A stretch of 64,000 nt of DNA from Brevinematales bacterium (GTDB lineage Bacteria; Spirochaetota; Brevinematia; DTOW01). The stretch spans positions 13,897 through 77,896 of the forward strand of contig JAOAHF010000004.1 in NCBI GenBank assembly GCA_026415355.1. The letters are read 5' to 3'. The notes beneath the pieces are model-generated. The model saw only the letters and a program-made list of their open reading frames with translations, ran no database searches and was not told where the DNA came from. The position numbers were made by a program, and so were the translations under genes. Below, piece by piece: positions 33,499 through 43,100 of the stretch (the first letter of the stretch is position 1; every line of letters starts with the position of its first letter).

Positions 33499-34441
33499 CT
33501 TCTACTGGAACTTCAGTAGATTCAATGATAGAATTAAGGATATCATCTGGTTTAATTCCTTTGAGTTTGGCTTCGGGTTTTAGTATTAGTCTATGTCTTA
33601 AGCATGGAAATACAACATTTTTAACATCCTCTGGTATAACAAAATCTCTACCATTTATTGCTGCAAGCGCTTGCGACATCTTGAATATAGCTAAAGAACC
33701 TCTGGGAGATGCTCCTAGTAGTAGATTTGGATTGGTACGAGTTTTTTCAACAATCTGAACTATGTATTTTTTCAGACTTTCTTCAATGTATACTTTCTTA
33801 ATCTCTTCCTGTATTTCAACAATTTCTTGTGTAGTACTAACCGAAGATATTGTTTCAATCGGATGCACTTCCTTCTGAGAGGTTAGAATCTGGATTTCCT
33901 CATCTAATGAGGGATACCCTAGAGATATATTGATCATAAATCTATCCATCTGAGCCTCGGGTAGTGGAAACGTTCCTTCAAATTCAATAGGATTTTGAGT
34001 TGCTAAAACAATAAAAGGACTAGGTAAACTAAAACTTACACCCTCAATCGATATTTGAGTTTCTCCCATTGCTTCAAGCAATGCAGATTGAGTTTTAGGA
34101 GTTGCTCTGTTAATTTCGTCAACTAATAATATATTCGATATTATAGGTCCCTTTCTAAACTCAAACTTTTTAGTTTCTGGGTTATAAATAGATACCCCCA
34201 ATATATCCGACGGTAATAAATCAGGAGTTGCTTGAACCCTTCTAAAAATACCACTAATACTTTTAGCTATAGCCCTAGCTAACATAGTTTTACCTACGCC
34301 TGGTATATCTTCTATCAGCACATGTCCTTTGGAATACATAGCAGAAAGTATTAGCTTTATCTGTTTTTGTTTACCTACAATAACCTTGCTTACGTTTCCT
34401 ATTATATTCATACTAATTTCTTTAACTCTTTTTACATCCAT
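33482..34441 (-). CDS. MoxR-family AAA+ ATPase
   Basis: It has Walker A GVGKT, Walker B LLVDEINRA and the MoxR-specific blocks. Confidence 0.85.
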   Translation of the reverse strand: MDVKRVKEISMNIIGNVSKVIVGKQKQIKLILSAMYSKGHVLIEDIPGVGKTMLARAIAKSISGIFRRVQATPDLLPSDILGVSIYNPETKKFEFRKGPIISNILLVDEINRATPKTQSALLEAMGETQISIEGVSFSLPSPFIVLATQNPIEFEGTFPLPEAQMDRFMINISLGYPSLDEEIQILTSQKEVHPIETISSVSTTQEIVEIQEEIKKVYIEESLKKYIVQIVEKTRTNPNLLLGASPRGSLAIFKMSQALAAINGRDFVIPEDVKNVVFPCLRHRLILKPEAKLKGIKPDDILNSIIESTEVPVEDVKSN

Positions 34442-34625
34442 AAATCCTCCAACGCAATAGAATTTTAATCCAACATCACTTAAGTTTCAATTGAACTTTA
34501 TCTTAAGACAAACAATAAAAAATTCCAATCTTTTCAGCTAAGTATCAAAAAAGAAAACTCATTCCAAAACACAAACCTATATATACTTAATATTCAAAGA
34601 TAGTTTATAGTAAATCTACAATAGT

Positions 34626-36818
34626 CTATATATTCGTAACTCTATTATTAGTAGAAATACTAGCACCTATAACAACTGGATCATTCACCCAATTTATATT
34701 GTTAATTTCCATTCCAGAACTTGCCTCTCTGTAGATTGCCTTAAGAGTATTCGTTACAAATACATTTCCATAAAGAGTATGTCCAGATATATCAGATGTT
34801 TCATAGATACCTATAGTAGTACCTGAACTACTACCACCTATTAGATTGTTAGAGATGAATAATCCTGAAACATTCTCCAAATTTATTACTTTATTCTGAC
34901 CGCAATTTGTGAATACTGAATTAACTATTAAAAGATTTGTCACGTTTCTTGCAAATATACCCCCTGTATCTCCACTAGCATTACCAAAAGAACTCGAGTA
35001 GAAAATATTACTAACAGAATTGATCAAATACACCCCAGATGTATTGTTTGCAGTGTTTTGTAAAATTATAGAATTCGACACCACATTATAATGACTTAAA
35101 AAAAAGTATACGGTACCAAAATTATTAGCTGCATTACCTAAGAATACTGAAGAAACCAAATTGCTCAAACTATTATCAAGGTACACAGCCGATCCATTTT
35201 GACCTGTATTACTTACGAACTCTCCTGATATAAGATTTAAGGTAGAACTTTTCAAGTACAATCCACCACTATTGTTAACCGCACTATTGTACTTGAACGA
35301 AGAATTTATGATATTTGAATGAGAAGTTTGAAGTCTCATTCCACCACCTCTACCATTACTACCAATCACCCTATTGCTGATAATCTCAGCTACCACAACA
35401 TTATGATGAGAAGAGCTAAAATACAATCCCCCACCGCCATCTTCTAAATTACCTCCAGCAGCAACATTCGACAATATCAAGTTTGAAATCAAGTTACTCA
35501 TTGAACCATCAAAATAGACTCCTCCTCCGTTAAAACTAGAGTAATTAAAACTTACCAAGCTATCAATAACATTACCATAAGAATTAGTAAGATAAATTCC
35601 ACCTCCATAAGAAGCAGTATTTGAAACAATTCTACTCCTAATAACATTGCTATAAGAAGACTCTATATATATTCCACCACCTTTCGACAAAGCACCATTA
35701 GTACCTATGATCGAATTCGAAACAGTAGAATAAGAAACATTGCTAAAATATATTCCGGCACCTACTTTATCTTGATCCAGAGTCCCATTAGCAAATCCCC
35801 CAGTTATAATAAATCCATCTATCAATATACCAGATACATTTGTTGAGAATATAATATGGTTAAGACTATTCTGACCATTTAAAATGGAATACCCACTCCT
35901 ACTACTAAATCCAACATTCCAACCACCTATTAATCTCAAATTATTGTTTGTTATTACAACACCAAAACCACTGGAATTAAGACCATTCCCAGGTGTATAT
36001 GTACCAGTAGCAATGAGAATGTTACTAATAGAGTATTGATTTGCAATTTCTATTGCTCTTCGAATCGTTCTTACAGGTAACGTTCTAAAAACACCTAAAT
36101 TAGCATCATTACCAGTAGTTGAAACATAAACATTAGGAATAATCACAAAATTATTTGTAGTCCAGTTTGTAAGTCCTGCTTTGTCAACAACAAATACATA
36201 CATAGTATTTGTACCTTCCTCAAGATTTGACAAATTCGTCCTCCAAGAATTACTCCCATCAACTACCCCAAACTCACCACTATCACCAACCCTTAACCTA
36301 ACCTCCTTTATACCTAAATTGTCACTAGCAGTACCTAAAACCAATACCGAACTAACAGCAAATACCTGACCATTCGTCAAATTCGTAACCAAAACTACAG
36401 GAGGTGTAACATCAATCACAAAGTAAACTACATTCGTCATAGAATGCTCACCACTAACACTAACAGCAAAAAAGTATATCTCATTCGTACCCTCATTCAA
36501 ACCAACCAAATTCGTCCTCCAAGAATCACTCCCATCAACTACCCCAAACTCACCACTATCACCAACCCTTAACCTAACCTCCTTTATACCACTATCATCT
36601 GATGCTGTACCAGAAACCACTATTGAATTAGTATGAAATATCTGCATATTAGTTGGGGAAAGCACAGAAACAGTAGGAAGTAGTGATACAGTATTATCAC
36701 TTATTCTTATAGGAATCAAATCGGTAAGACGAGTACAATTGGATACTGTTACCATTATAGAAGTTAACAAAAATACCAAAATGTAGTATTGACTTAAATT
36801 CTTCATAACTTTCCTCAA
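34626..36818 (-). CDS. Secreted right-handed parallel beta-helix repeat protein with two tandem N-terminal Ig-like domains
   Basis: It has a signal peptide, a duplicated ~92-aa module (GIKEVRLRVGDSGEFGVVDGS.SWRTNL) and many GGGIY..NS beta-helix repeats. Confidence 0.7.
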   Translation of the reverse strand: MRKVMKNLSQYYILVFLLTSIMVTVSNCTRLTDLIPIRISDNTVSLLPTVSVLSPTNMQIFHTNSIVVSGTASDDSGIKEVRLRVGDSGEFGVVDGSDSWRTNLVGLNEGTNEIYFFAVSVSGEHSMTNVVYFVIDVTPPVVLVTNLTNGQVFAVSSVLVLGTASDNLGIKEVRLRVGDSGEFGVVDGSNSWRTNLSNLEEGTNTMYVFVVDKAGLTNWTTNNFVIIPNVYVSTTGNDANLGVFRTLPVRTIRRAIEIANQYSISNILIATGTYTPGNGLNSSGFGVVITNNNLRLIGGWNVGFSSRSGYSILNGQNSLNHIIFSTNVSGILIDGFIITGGFANGTLDQDKVGAGIYFSNVSYSTVSNSIIGTNGALSKGGGIYIESSYSNVIRSRIVSNTASYGGGIYLTNSYGNVIDSLVSFNYSSFNGGGVYFDGSMSNLISNLILSNVAAGGNLEDGGGGLYFSSSHHNVVVAEIISNRVIGSNGRGGGMRLQTSHSNIINSSFKYNSAVNNSGGLYLKSSTLNLISGEFVSNTGQNGSAVYLDNSLSNLVSSVFLGNAANNFGTVYFFLSHYNVVSNSIILQNTANNTSGVYLINSVSNIFYSSSFGNASGDTGGIFARNVTNLLIVNSVFTNCGQNKVINLENVSGLFISNNLIGGSSSGTTIGIYETSDISGHTLYGNVFVTNTLKAIYREASSGMEINNINWVNDPVVIGASISTNNRVTNI
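36235..36590. repeat. Two copies of a near-identical 80-bp segment, 276 bp apart, inside the beta-helix protein gene
   Basis: Segments 36235..36314 and 36511..36590 differ at one base (attact vs atcact). The flanks have diverged. Confidence 0.8.
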
Positions 36819-36952
36819 TTAACATTATACAAACTTCTGCAAAAACTTACAACTATTTCTAGGCACCCAGAAAGCTCAAGACTTCCAAACAAATTTACAT
36901 CTGCTGAAAACACTTTAAACTCAATTTCGAATTATGTCCAAAAGTTATGATT

Positions 36953-38506
36953 TTATTTGTGTGTTTCCGACGGATATTTGCTACTTTTTGATTGCTCCGA
37001 GTAATAAATAGCTTTATTTATGGCATTTAAGTATGCTTTTGCACTCGCAACTATAATGTCTGTATCAGTTCCATGTCCTGAAAACGATTGCTTTTCACTA
37101 AGTATAGAAAGATTAACCTCTCCAATAGCATCTTTACCAGACGTAACAGCGTGTATACTAAAGTCTTCAAGTTTAACATCTTTTATACCTACAATTCTAT
37201 CAATTGCTCTGAATGTAGCATCAACAGGTCCATTACCAGTTGCTGACTCTATATAATCTTTATTACCCTTCCTTAAAACAACAGTTGACGTTGGAATTGT
37301 TTTATCACCTGACATTATTTGAACACTCACAAGACTATAAACAGATTTAGTTTCATCAATATTTTGAGAAAACGTCACTACTAAATCTTCTTCATAAACA
37401 TTTTTCTTCTTATCTGCTATTTCAAGGAACCTTTTATACATTTCTTCAAACTCTTCTTCCGAAGAATATGTTATACCAAGCTCCTTGAACTTGACTTTCA
37501 GCGCATGTCTACCTGAATGCCTACCCAATATTATTTCGGATGAATGTCTACCAACATCTTCTGGTTTCATTATTTCATAAGTCTGCCTGTACTTCAAAAC
37601 CCCATCTTGGTGAATTCCTGACTCATGTGCAAATACATTCCTACCTACTATAGGCTTATTATAAGCCAAAGGTAATCCTGTTATAGAAACAAGAAGTTTA
37701 CTAGTTTTGTATATTTCCTTAGTGTTTATATTTGTATAGAATGGGTATATATCATTTCTAACATTTATAGTCATAACTATTTCTTCCAGTGATGCATTAC
37801 CTGCTCTTTCGCCGATACCATTAACACTAACCTCAACCTGATCAGCACCAGCTAACAAAGCAGATAATGAATTTGAAACTGCCAATCCTAGGTCATTATG
37901 ACAATGAACACTTATTTTAGCTCTGTCTCCTATAGTCTCCTTTATTGATTTCACTATGTTATAAAACTCAAATGGTGTTGTATATCCTACAGTGTCAGGT
38001 ATGTTTAATGTTGTTGCTCCTGCTTCTATAACAGCTAGGAATATTTCCTTAAGGAAGCTAATATTACTTCTAGTAGCATCTTCAGCAGAAAATTCAACAT
38101 CATCAACTAAACTCTTAGCATACTCTACTGCTTGAACTGCCATCTTCATAACTTCATCTGGAGACTTCTTTAGTTTATACTCCATATGTATAGGAGAAGT
38201 TGCTATGAAGGTATGAATTCTTTTCTTAGGTGCACTTTTTAGGGCTTCATATGCCGACTTTATATCCTTTTCAACTGCTCTAGCTAAAGCTGCAATAACA
38301 GGACCTTCAACTTCCTCTGCTATCATCTTAACTCCTTCAAATTGTATAGGAGATGATACTGGAAAACCTGCCTCTATAATATCTACACCCAAACTCGCCA
38401 ATTGCTTCGCAAAAATTAACTTATCCTCCGATGACATACTAGCACCTGGAGATTGCTCACCATCTCTTAATGTAGTGTCAAAGATATATATTCTTCGCTT
38501 TTCCAT
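36953..38506 (-). CDS. leuA: 2-isopropylmalate synthase
   Basis: The sequence IFDTTLRDGEQSPGASM and the HCHNDLGLA metal site fit leuA. Confidence 0.9.
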   Translation of the reverse strand: MEKRRIYIFDTTLRDGEQSPGASMSSEDKLIFAKQLASLGVDIIEAGFPVSSPIQFEGVKMIAEEVEGPVIAALARAVEKDIKSAYEALKSAPKKRIHTFIATSPIHMEYKLKKSPDEVMKMAVQAVEYAKSLVDDVEFSAEDATRSNISFLKEIFLAVIEAGATTLNIPDTVGYTTPFEFYNIVKSIKETIGDRAKISVHCHNDLGLAVSNSLSALLAGADQVEVSVNGIGERAGNASLEEIVMTINVRNDIYPFYTNINTKEIYKTSKLLVSITGLPLAYNKPIVGRNVFAHESGIHQDGVLKYRQTYEIMKPEDVGRHSSEIILGRHSGRHALKVKFKELGITYSSEEEFEEMYKRFLEIADKKKNVYEEDLVVTFSQNIDETKSVYSLVSVQIMSGDKTIPTSTVVLRKGNKDYIESATGNGPVDATFRAIDRIVGIKDVKLEDFSIHAVTSGKDAIGEVNLSILSEKQSFSGHGTDTDIIVASAKAYLNAINKAIYYSEQSKSSKYPSETHK

Positions 38507-38971
38507 TCTTCACACCTCTTCAAGGATTAAAATTTAAGTAATTCAACCAGTTGTTTCAAGTTAATTAAAGTATAATAAAAAAGTCACATAAAATTACCAC
38601 TAATAACTCCAAGAACGATATTCACCAAAAACTAACTCTAACAAAAATCATTCCTCAACTAAAATCGTTACATAACCTAATCTCTAAATTTTAGCTAACT
38701 AAACAAAACTATCACTCTAGAATTAGAGTAAAATAACTACAAAAAACCTAAATTACTATGATCAATCACCAATAAACATACCAAAAGACTTGTAAGCTTT
38801 TTGGATAAAATCCAATCGTCCGCATTCGAAAAACACAAAACGAGAACCTAAAACAATAACCTATAAATCTTAGGTAGATTTAAACCAACGTGCTACCATT
38901 TAAAGAATTAACTATACGGCAATACCAATATTGAAAGAGAAAGTAAGTAATTTTAAAATTACTAACGAGAA

Positions 38972-41062
38972 TTGGGGGGGGAGTTCTATTTGAATTTGCC
39001 AACTAGCAAATTTCCTACTGACATAGCAGTTGCCGTTGCTTCAGTTTTTGCCGTTGTAATGATGGTTATACCTTTACCTTCCTTTCTACTAGATGCTCTT
39101 ATTGCTTTGAATATTACCATAACATTGGGTATATTTTTAACTACATTCTATGTCAGAAAACCTGCTGATTTCTTTGTGTTTCCATCAATACTCCTTATTG
39201 TAACTATATTCAGAATAGGTCTTAATATATCAACAACTAGGGCAATACTATCAAAAGGTGCTGGATTAGATGTTGAAATAATAAAGGCTTTTGGTAATTT
39301 TGTTGTTGGTAATAATGTAGTTATAGGCCTCGTTATATTCATAATCTTGGTTATAGTACAGTTAATAGTTATAACAAGGGGAGCTACAAGAGTATCCGAA
39401 GTTGCAGCAAGGTTTACACTAGATGCATTACCAGGCAAACAACTAAGCATAAACGAAGATTTAAACGCTGGACTCATAACCGAAGAAGAAGCCAAAAAAC
39501 GTAGACAAGAACTGAGAATGGAAGCTGATTTCTACGGATCTATGGATGGTGCATCAAGATTTGTACAAGGCGATGCTATTGTATCGATAATAATAGTTTT
39601 TGTAAACATAATAGGTGGACTTGTTGTAGGTCTTGCATTCAGGGGAGAAGACATAAATACGGCAATAAGAAACTATATTTTGTTTGCAGTTGGTGACGGT
39701 ATATCTACACAAATACCTGCTCTTCTTATGTCAACAGCAACAGGTATAATAGTAACAAGATCAGCCGCAGGTGAAGATTTCGGTAAAGATGTTGTCAAGC
39801 AACTAACTGTACAACCCAGAATACTATACATAACCGGAGGATTTCTCGTAGTCTTAGGTCTTTTACCAGGATTCCCTACAATACAACTTTTTGCCATTGG
39901 TGGAAGCCTTATATGGCTTGGAATACTTATGGAAAGAAAGATGAAAGAAAAAGAAGAGAAAGAAAAAATAGAAAAGGAAAAAGAGAAAAAAGAAAAACAA
40001 ATTGAAACAATTGAAGAAGTATTATCAGTTGAACCTATGGAAATAGAGATAGGATATAACTTGATACCACTTGTAGATAAGGAGCAGGGAGGAGACCTAG
40101 TCGACAGAATAAAACTTATAAGGAAGAGAATAGGACAAGAACTAGGTGTACTAATACCACCAATAAGAATAAAAGATAACGTATCTCTTGATCCCAACGA
40201 ATACCTTGTCAAGATAAAAGGTACTGAAATAAAAAGGTATAAGGTATACCCTGACAAACTCCTTGTAATAAACCCACCTAAAGATTTTAACATCCCTGGT
40301 GTAGATGTTAAAGAACCCGCTTTTGGACTACCCGCCAGGTGGATATCACCAGAAAACAAAAAACAAGCAGAAAGTCTTGGACTCGATGTTTTTGACTCTA
40401 TATCTGTAGTCTCAACACATTTGACAGAAATAGTCAAAGAAAACGCTAGTGAGTTTATAGGAAGACAAGAAGTTAAATCTATACTAGATACTCTCAAAAA
40501 CACTTACCCTGCTGTAATTGATTCTCTTGAACCTTCAAAGAACTTAAGTATAATACAAAAAGTACTTCAAAACTTACTTAGAGAAGGGGTATCTATAAGA
40601 AATATAATACCTATACTTGAATCGTTAGCAGACTCACTTGAATATACCAAAAACCCAGAAGTTATAACAGAAAATGTAAGACAATCAATCTCAAGACAAT
40701 TTTTACCAAAGTACGCTGATAACACAAATACCATAAGTGTAATAATACTTGATCCAGAACTTGAAGATACTCTAGCAAGTTATACAAGAGAAACAGATAC
40801 TGGATTTATATACTCTGTCCCCCCAAATCTTCTTAGGGATTTCTTGAATGTTCTATCTGAAAAGATTAAAAATATGATTGATAAAGGATTAACGCCTGTG
40901 GTTCTATGTTCAACTAGGATAAGAAGATTGATAAAAGAAATAACAGTAAGAACATATAGAAACCTCGTAGTATTATCATATAACGAGATAGTTCCCCCTT
41001 ACAGTGTAGAACAATTTGACTACATATCATTAAATCTTACACCAGCAGGGGCTGAAACATGA
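38972..41062 (+). CDS. flhA: Flagellar biosynthesis protein FlhA
   Basis: It has the TM domain with the FHIPL-like region and a C-terminal cytoplasmic domain. The track starts at a TTG inside a G8 run, so the true start is uncertain (an alternative TTG is at 38990). Confidence 0.9.
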   Translation: MGGEFYLNLPTSKFPTDIAVAVASVFAVVMMVIPLPSFLLDALIALNITITLGIFLTTFYVRKPADFFVFPSILLIVTIFRIGLNISTTRAILSKGAGLDVEIIKAFGNFVVGNNVVIGLVIFIILVIVQLIVITRGATRVSEVAARFTLDALPGKQLSINEDLNAGLITEEEAKKRRQELRMEADFYGSMDGASRFVQGDAIVSIIIVFVNIIGGLVVGLAFRGEDINTAIRNYILFAVGDGISTQIPALLMSTATGIIVTRSAAGEDFGKDVVKQLTVQPRILYITGGFLVVLGLLPGFPTIQLFAIGGSLIWLGILMERKMKEKEEKEKIEKEKEKKEKQIETIEEVLSVEPMEIEIGYNLIPLVDKEQGGDLVDRIKLIRKRIGQELGVLIPPIRIKDNVSLDPNEYLVKIKGTEIKRYKVYPDKLLVINPPKDFNIPGVDVKEPAFGLPARWISPENKKQAESLGLDVFDSISVVSTHLTEIVKENASEFIGRQEVKSILDTLKNTYPAVIDSLEPSKNLSIIQKVLQNLLREGVSIRNIIPILESLADSLEYTKNPEVITENVRQSISRQFLPKYADNTNTISVIILDPELEDTLASYTRETDTGFIYSVPPNLLRDFLNVLSEKIKNMIDKGLTPVVLCSTRIRRLIKEITVRTYRNLVVLSYNEIVPPYSVEQFDYISLNLTPAGAET
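38974..38981. repeat. Homopolymeric G8 tract at the flhA start / RBS
   Basis: The sequence is attGGGGGGGGagttc. This is the only G8 run I noticed in this 30%-GC window. Confidence 0.8.
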
Positions 41063-42240
41063 ACTATTTCAGTATAGAAGTAGAAAACATAGCAGACTTG
41101 AGGTCCAAGTTATATGAGGAAATGACAAAAAGAAATATATCACCAGATAGAGTAGTTATACTAACTAAAAGACCTATAAGGAAAAAGGGTTTTCTAGGAA
41201 TAGGAAGTAAAACCGTATACCAGGTATGGATACAAGTTTTAGACCAAGATAATAATATCCAAAAAAATTTTGACACACTACAAAAACAAAATATACAACC
41301 TACACTACAAATACAACCAAATGATACTAGCTCTTTACTGCACAAAGAAATAGAGAATATAAAGAAAATGATACAAGAAGTAATGGTCGAAAATAAAAAA
41401 ATAAAAGAAATAACATCCTCATATCTTAAGGCTAAAGAAACAAACTTCGAAATGATAAGAAAACAGATGTCTGAGAGAGATTTTCCCATAGGTTTTATTG
41501 AAAAAATAATAGAAAGAGTAGACAATGAACTTACAGAAGAAGAAAAGCAAAATTTCTACACAATATACGATAAAGTAAAATCAATAATAGCATCAAACAT
41601 AAAAGTCGCTTCAACCGAACTTGTTATAGCTAAAAAACCCAAAATAGTGGTACTAGTAGGGCCAACAGGAGTAGGGAAAACTACGACAATAGTTAAACTT
41701 GCACTTCAGTGGGGTGCTTCAAAAGGTAAAAAGTTTGTATTCTTTTCTCTCGACAAGTACAAAGCAGGAGCTTCATTCCAATTAAAATCCTTTGCTGAAA
41801 TATTCAAAGTAGCTATGAAGTCCATAAGAAATGAAGAAGAACTTAAAGAATCTCTTGACATTTTTGCAAATGATGTAGATATTATATTTGTTGATACAGC
41901 AGGCACTAGCCAAAAAGATACCCTTACGATAAACGACCTAAAAGAACATATAAAAGTTATGAAAAAGTACGATCTTTGGGTATCTTTGGTAATAAGTGCA
42001 GTAACAAAATACAAGGATATGATAGACATAATAAACAGGTACTCTTTGGTTGGGTATAACAATATAATACTTTCAAAAATAGATGAAACCAACACTCTAG
42101 GATCATCTATCGCAGCACTATACGAATCACAAGTACCTCTGTCTTTTGTAACTAATGGACAAAGAGTTGAAGCAGATATAACAACATTTAGACCCTTAGA
42201 CTTAGTATATATGTCTCTCGATGAAAGGAGGAGCGTATGA
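41059..42240 (+). CDS. flhF: Flagellar biosynthesis GTPase FlhF (SRP-type)
   Basis: It has the G-domain motifs VLVGPTGVGKTTT and DTAGTSQKD. Confidence 0.85.
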   Translation: MNYFSIEVENIADLRSKLYEEMTKRNISPDRVVILTKRPIRKKGFLGIGSKTVYQVWIQVLDQDNNIQKNFDTLQKQNIQPTLQIQPNDTSSLLHKEIENIKKMIQEVMVENKKIKEITSSYLKAKETNFEMIRKQMSERDFPIGFIEKIIERVDNELTEEEKQNFYTIYDKVKSIIASNIKVASTELVIAKKPKIVVLVGPTGVGKTTTIVKLALQWGASKGKKFVFFSLDKYKAGASFQLKSFAEIFKVAMKSIRNEEELKESLDIFANDVDIIFVDTAGTSQKDTLTINDLKEHIKVMKKYDLWVSLVISAVTKYKDMIDIINRYSLVGYNNIILSKIDETNTLGSSIAALYESQVPLSFVTNGQRVEADITTFRPLDLVYMSLDERRSV

Positions 42241-43100
42241 TTATAGAAGAACAACTAAAAGGTTTACAAAAAGCTCTCGGTGATACTACTCCACTTGAAA
42301 AACCTAAAATAATATCAGTAGCTAGTGGTAAAGGTGGTGTAGGTAAAACAAATATATCGATAAATCTAGGCATATTATACTCAAAAATGGGCAAGAAAGT
42401 CCTTGTTCTTGACGGAGATTTAGGATTAGGTAACGTAAACGTAGTACTCGGAATAATACCTAAATATACACTTTATCATGTCATGAAAGGTGGAATGCCT
42501 TTAAAAGATGTCATAATAAAAAACAACGAAATCGGCATAGATATAGTAGCAACAGGTTCTGGTTTTACACAGCTAGCAGAACTCGACGATGCAGAAAGAA
42601 AAAAGTTCATTGAAGAACTAAAAAATCTATCAGAATACGACATACTTATAATAGACACAGCAGCAGGTATAGGTAGAAATGTAATATCTTTTGTCTTAGC
42701 ATCACATGAAGCTATAATAGTAACAACTCCAGAACCTACAGCAATAACTGATGCTTACGGTATAATAAAAGCAATATCAACAGAATCTTTAAAACTATCG
42801 TCAAACATAAAACTAATAGTAAACAGAGTGAAAAATCCATCTGAGGGAATAAAAATATCTGACAGGATATCAACAGTAGCAGGGCAATTCCTTGGAGTAA
42901 AGATAGAAAGCCTAGGTTTCATACCTGAAGATACTGTGGTAGAATTTGCTGTAAGAAGGCAACAACCATTCGTTTTGGCATTTCCCAACTCTCAAGCAAC
43001 TATCCACCTAAAACATGTAGCCCAAAGACTCGAGAATATGAAAGTTAAAGACGAAGACAAAGGTTTAAATAGATTATTCAGAGTCCTCTTTGGAGGGTAA
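42237..43100 (+). CDS. flhG: MinD/ParA-type ATPase FlhG (FleN/YlxH)
   Basis: It has a deviant Walker A SGKGGVGKT. It is translationally coupled to flhF. Confidence 0.8.
   Translation: MIIEEQLKGLQKALGDTTPLEKPKIISVASGKGGVGKTNISINLGILYSKMGKKVLVLDGDLGLGNVNVVLGIIPKYTLYHVMKGGMPLKDVIIKNNEIGIDIVATGSGFTQLAELDDAERKKFIEELKNLSEYDILIIDTAAGIGRNVISFVLASHEAIIVTTPEPTAITDAYGIIKAISTESLKLSSNIKLIVNRVKNPSEGIKISDRISTVAGQFLGVKIESLGFIPEDTVVEFAVRRQQPFVLAFPNSQATIHLKHVAQRLENMKVKDEDKGLNRLFRVLFGG

Noticed and set aside
38507-38971. 465-bp leuA/flhA divergent intergenic region as a T-box or leucine leader
   Set aside because: It has no T-box sequence, no GC-rich stems and no Leu-codon-rich mini-ORF. It is probably just two AT-rich promoters.
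39673-40503. 276-aa minus-strand ORF
   Set aside because: It is entirely inside flhA on the opposite strand and is Ser-rich and low-complexity, so it is a shadow ORF.
41706-42254. 182-aa minus-strand ORF
   Set aside because: It is antisense within flhF and has no motif.
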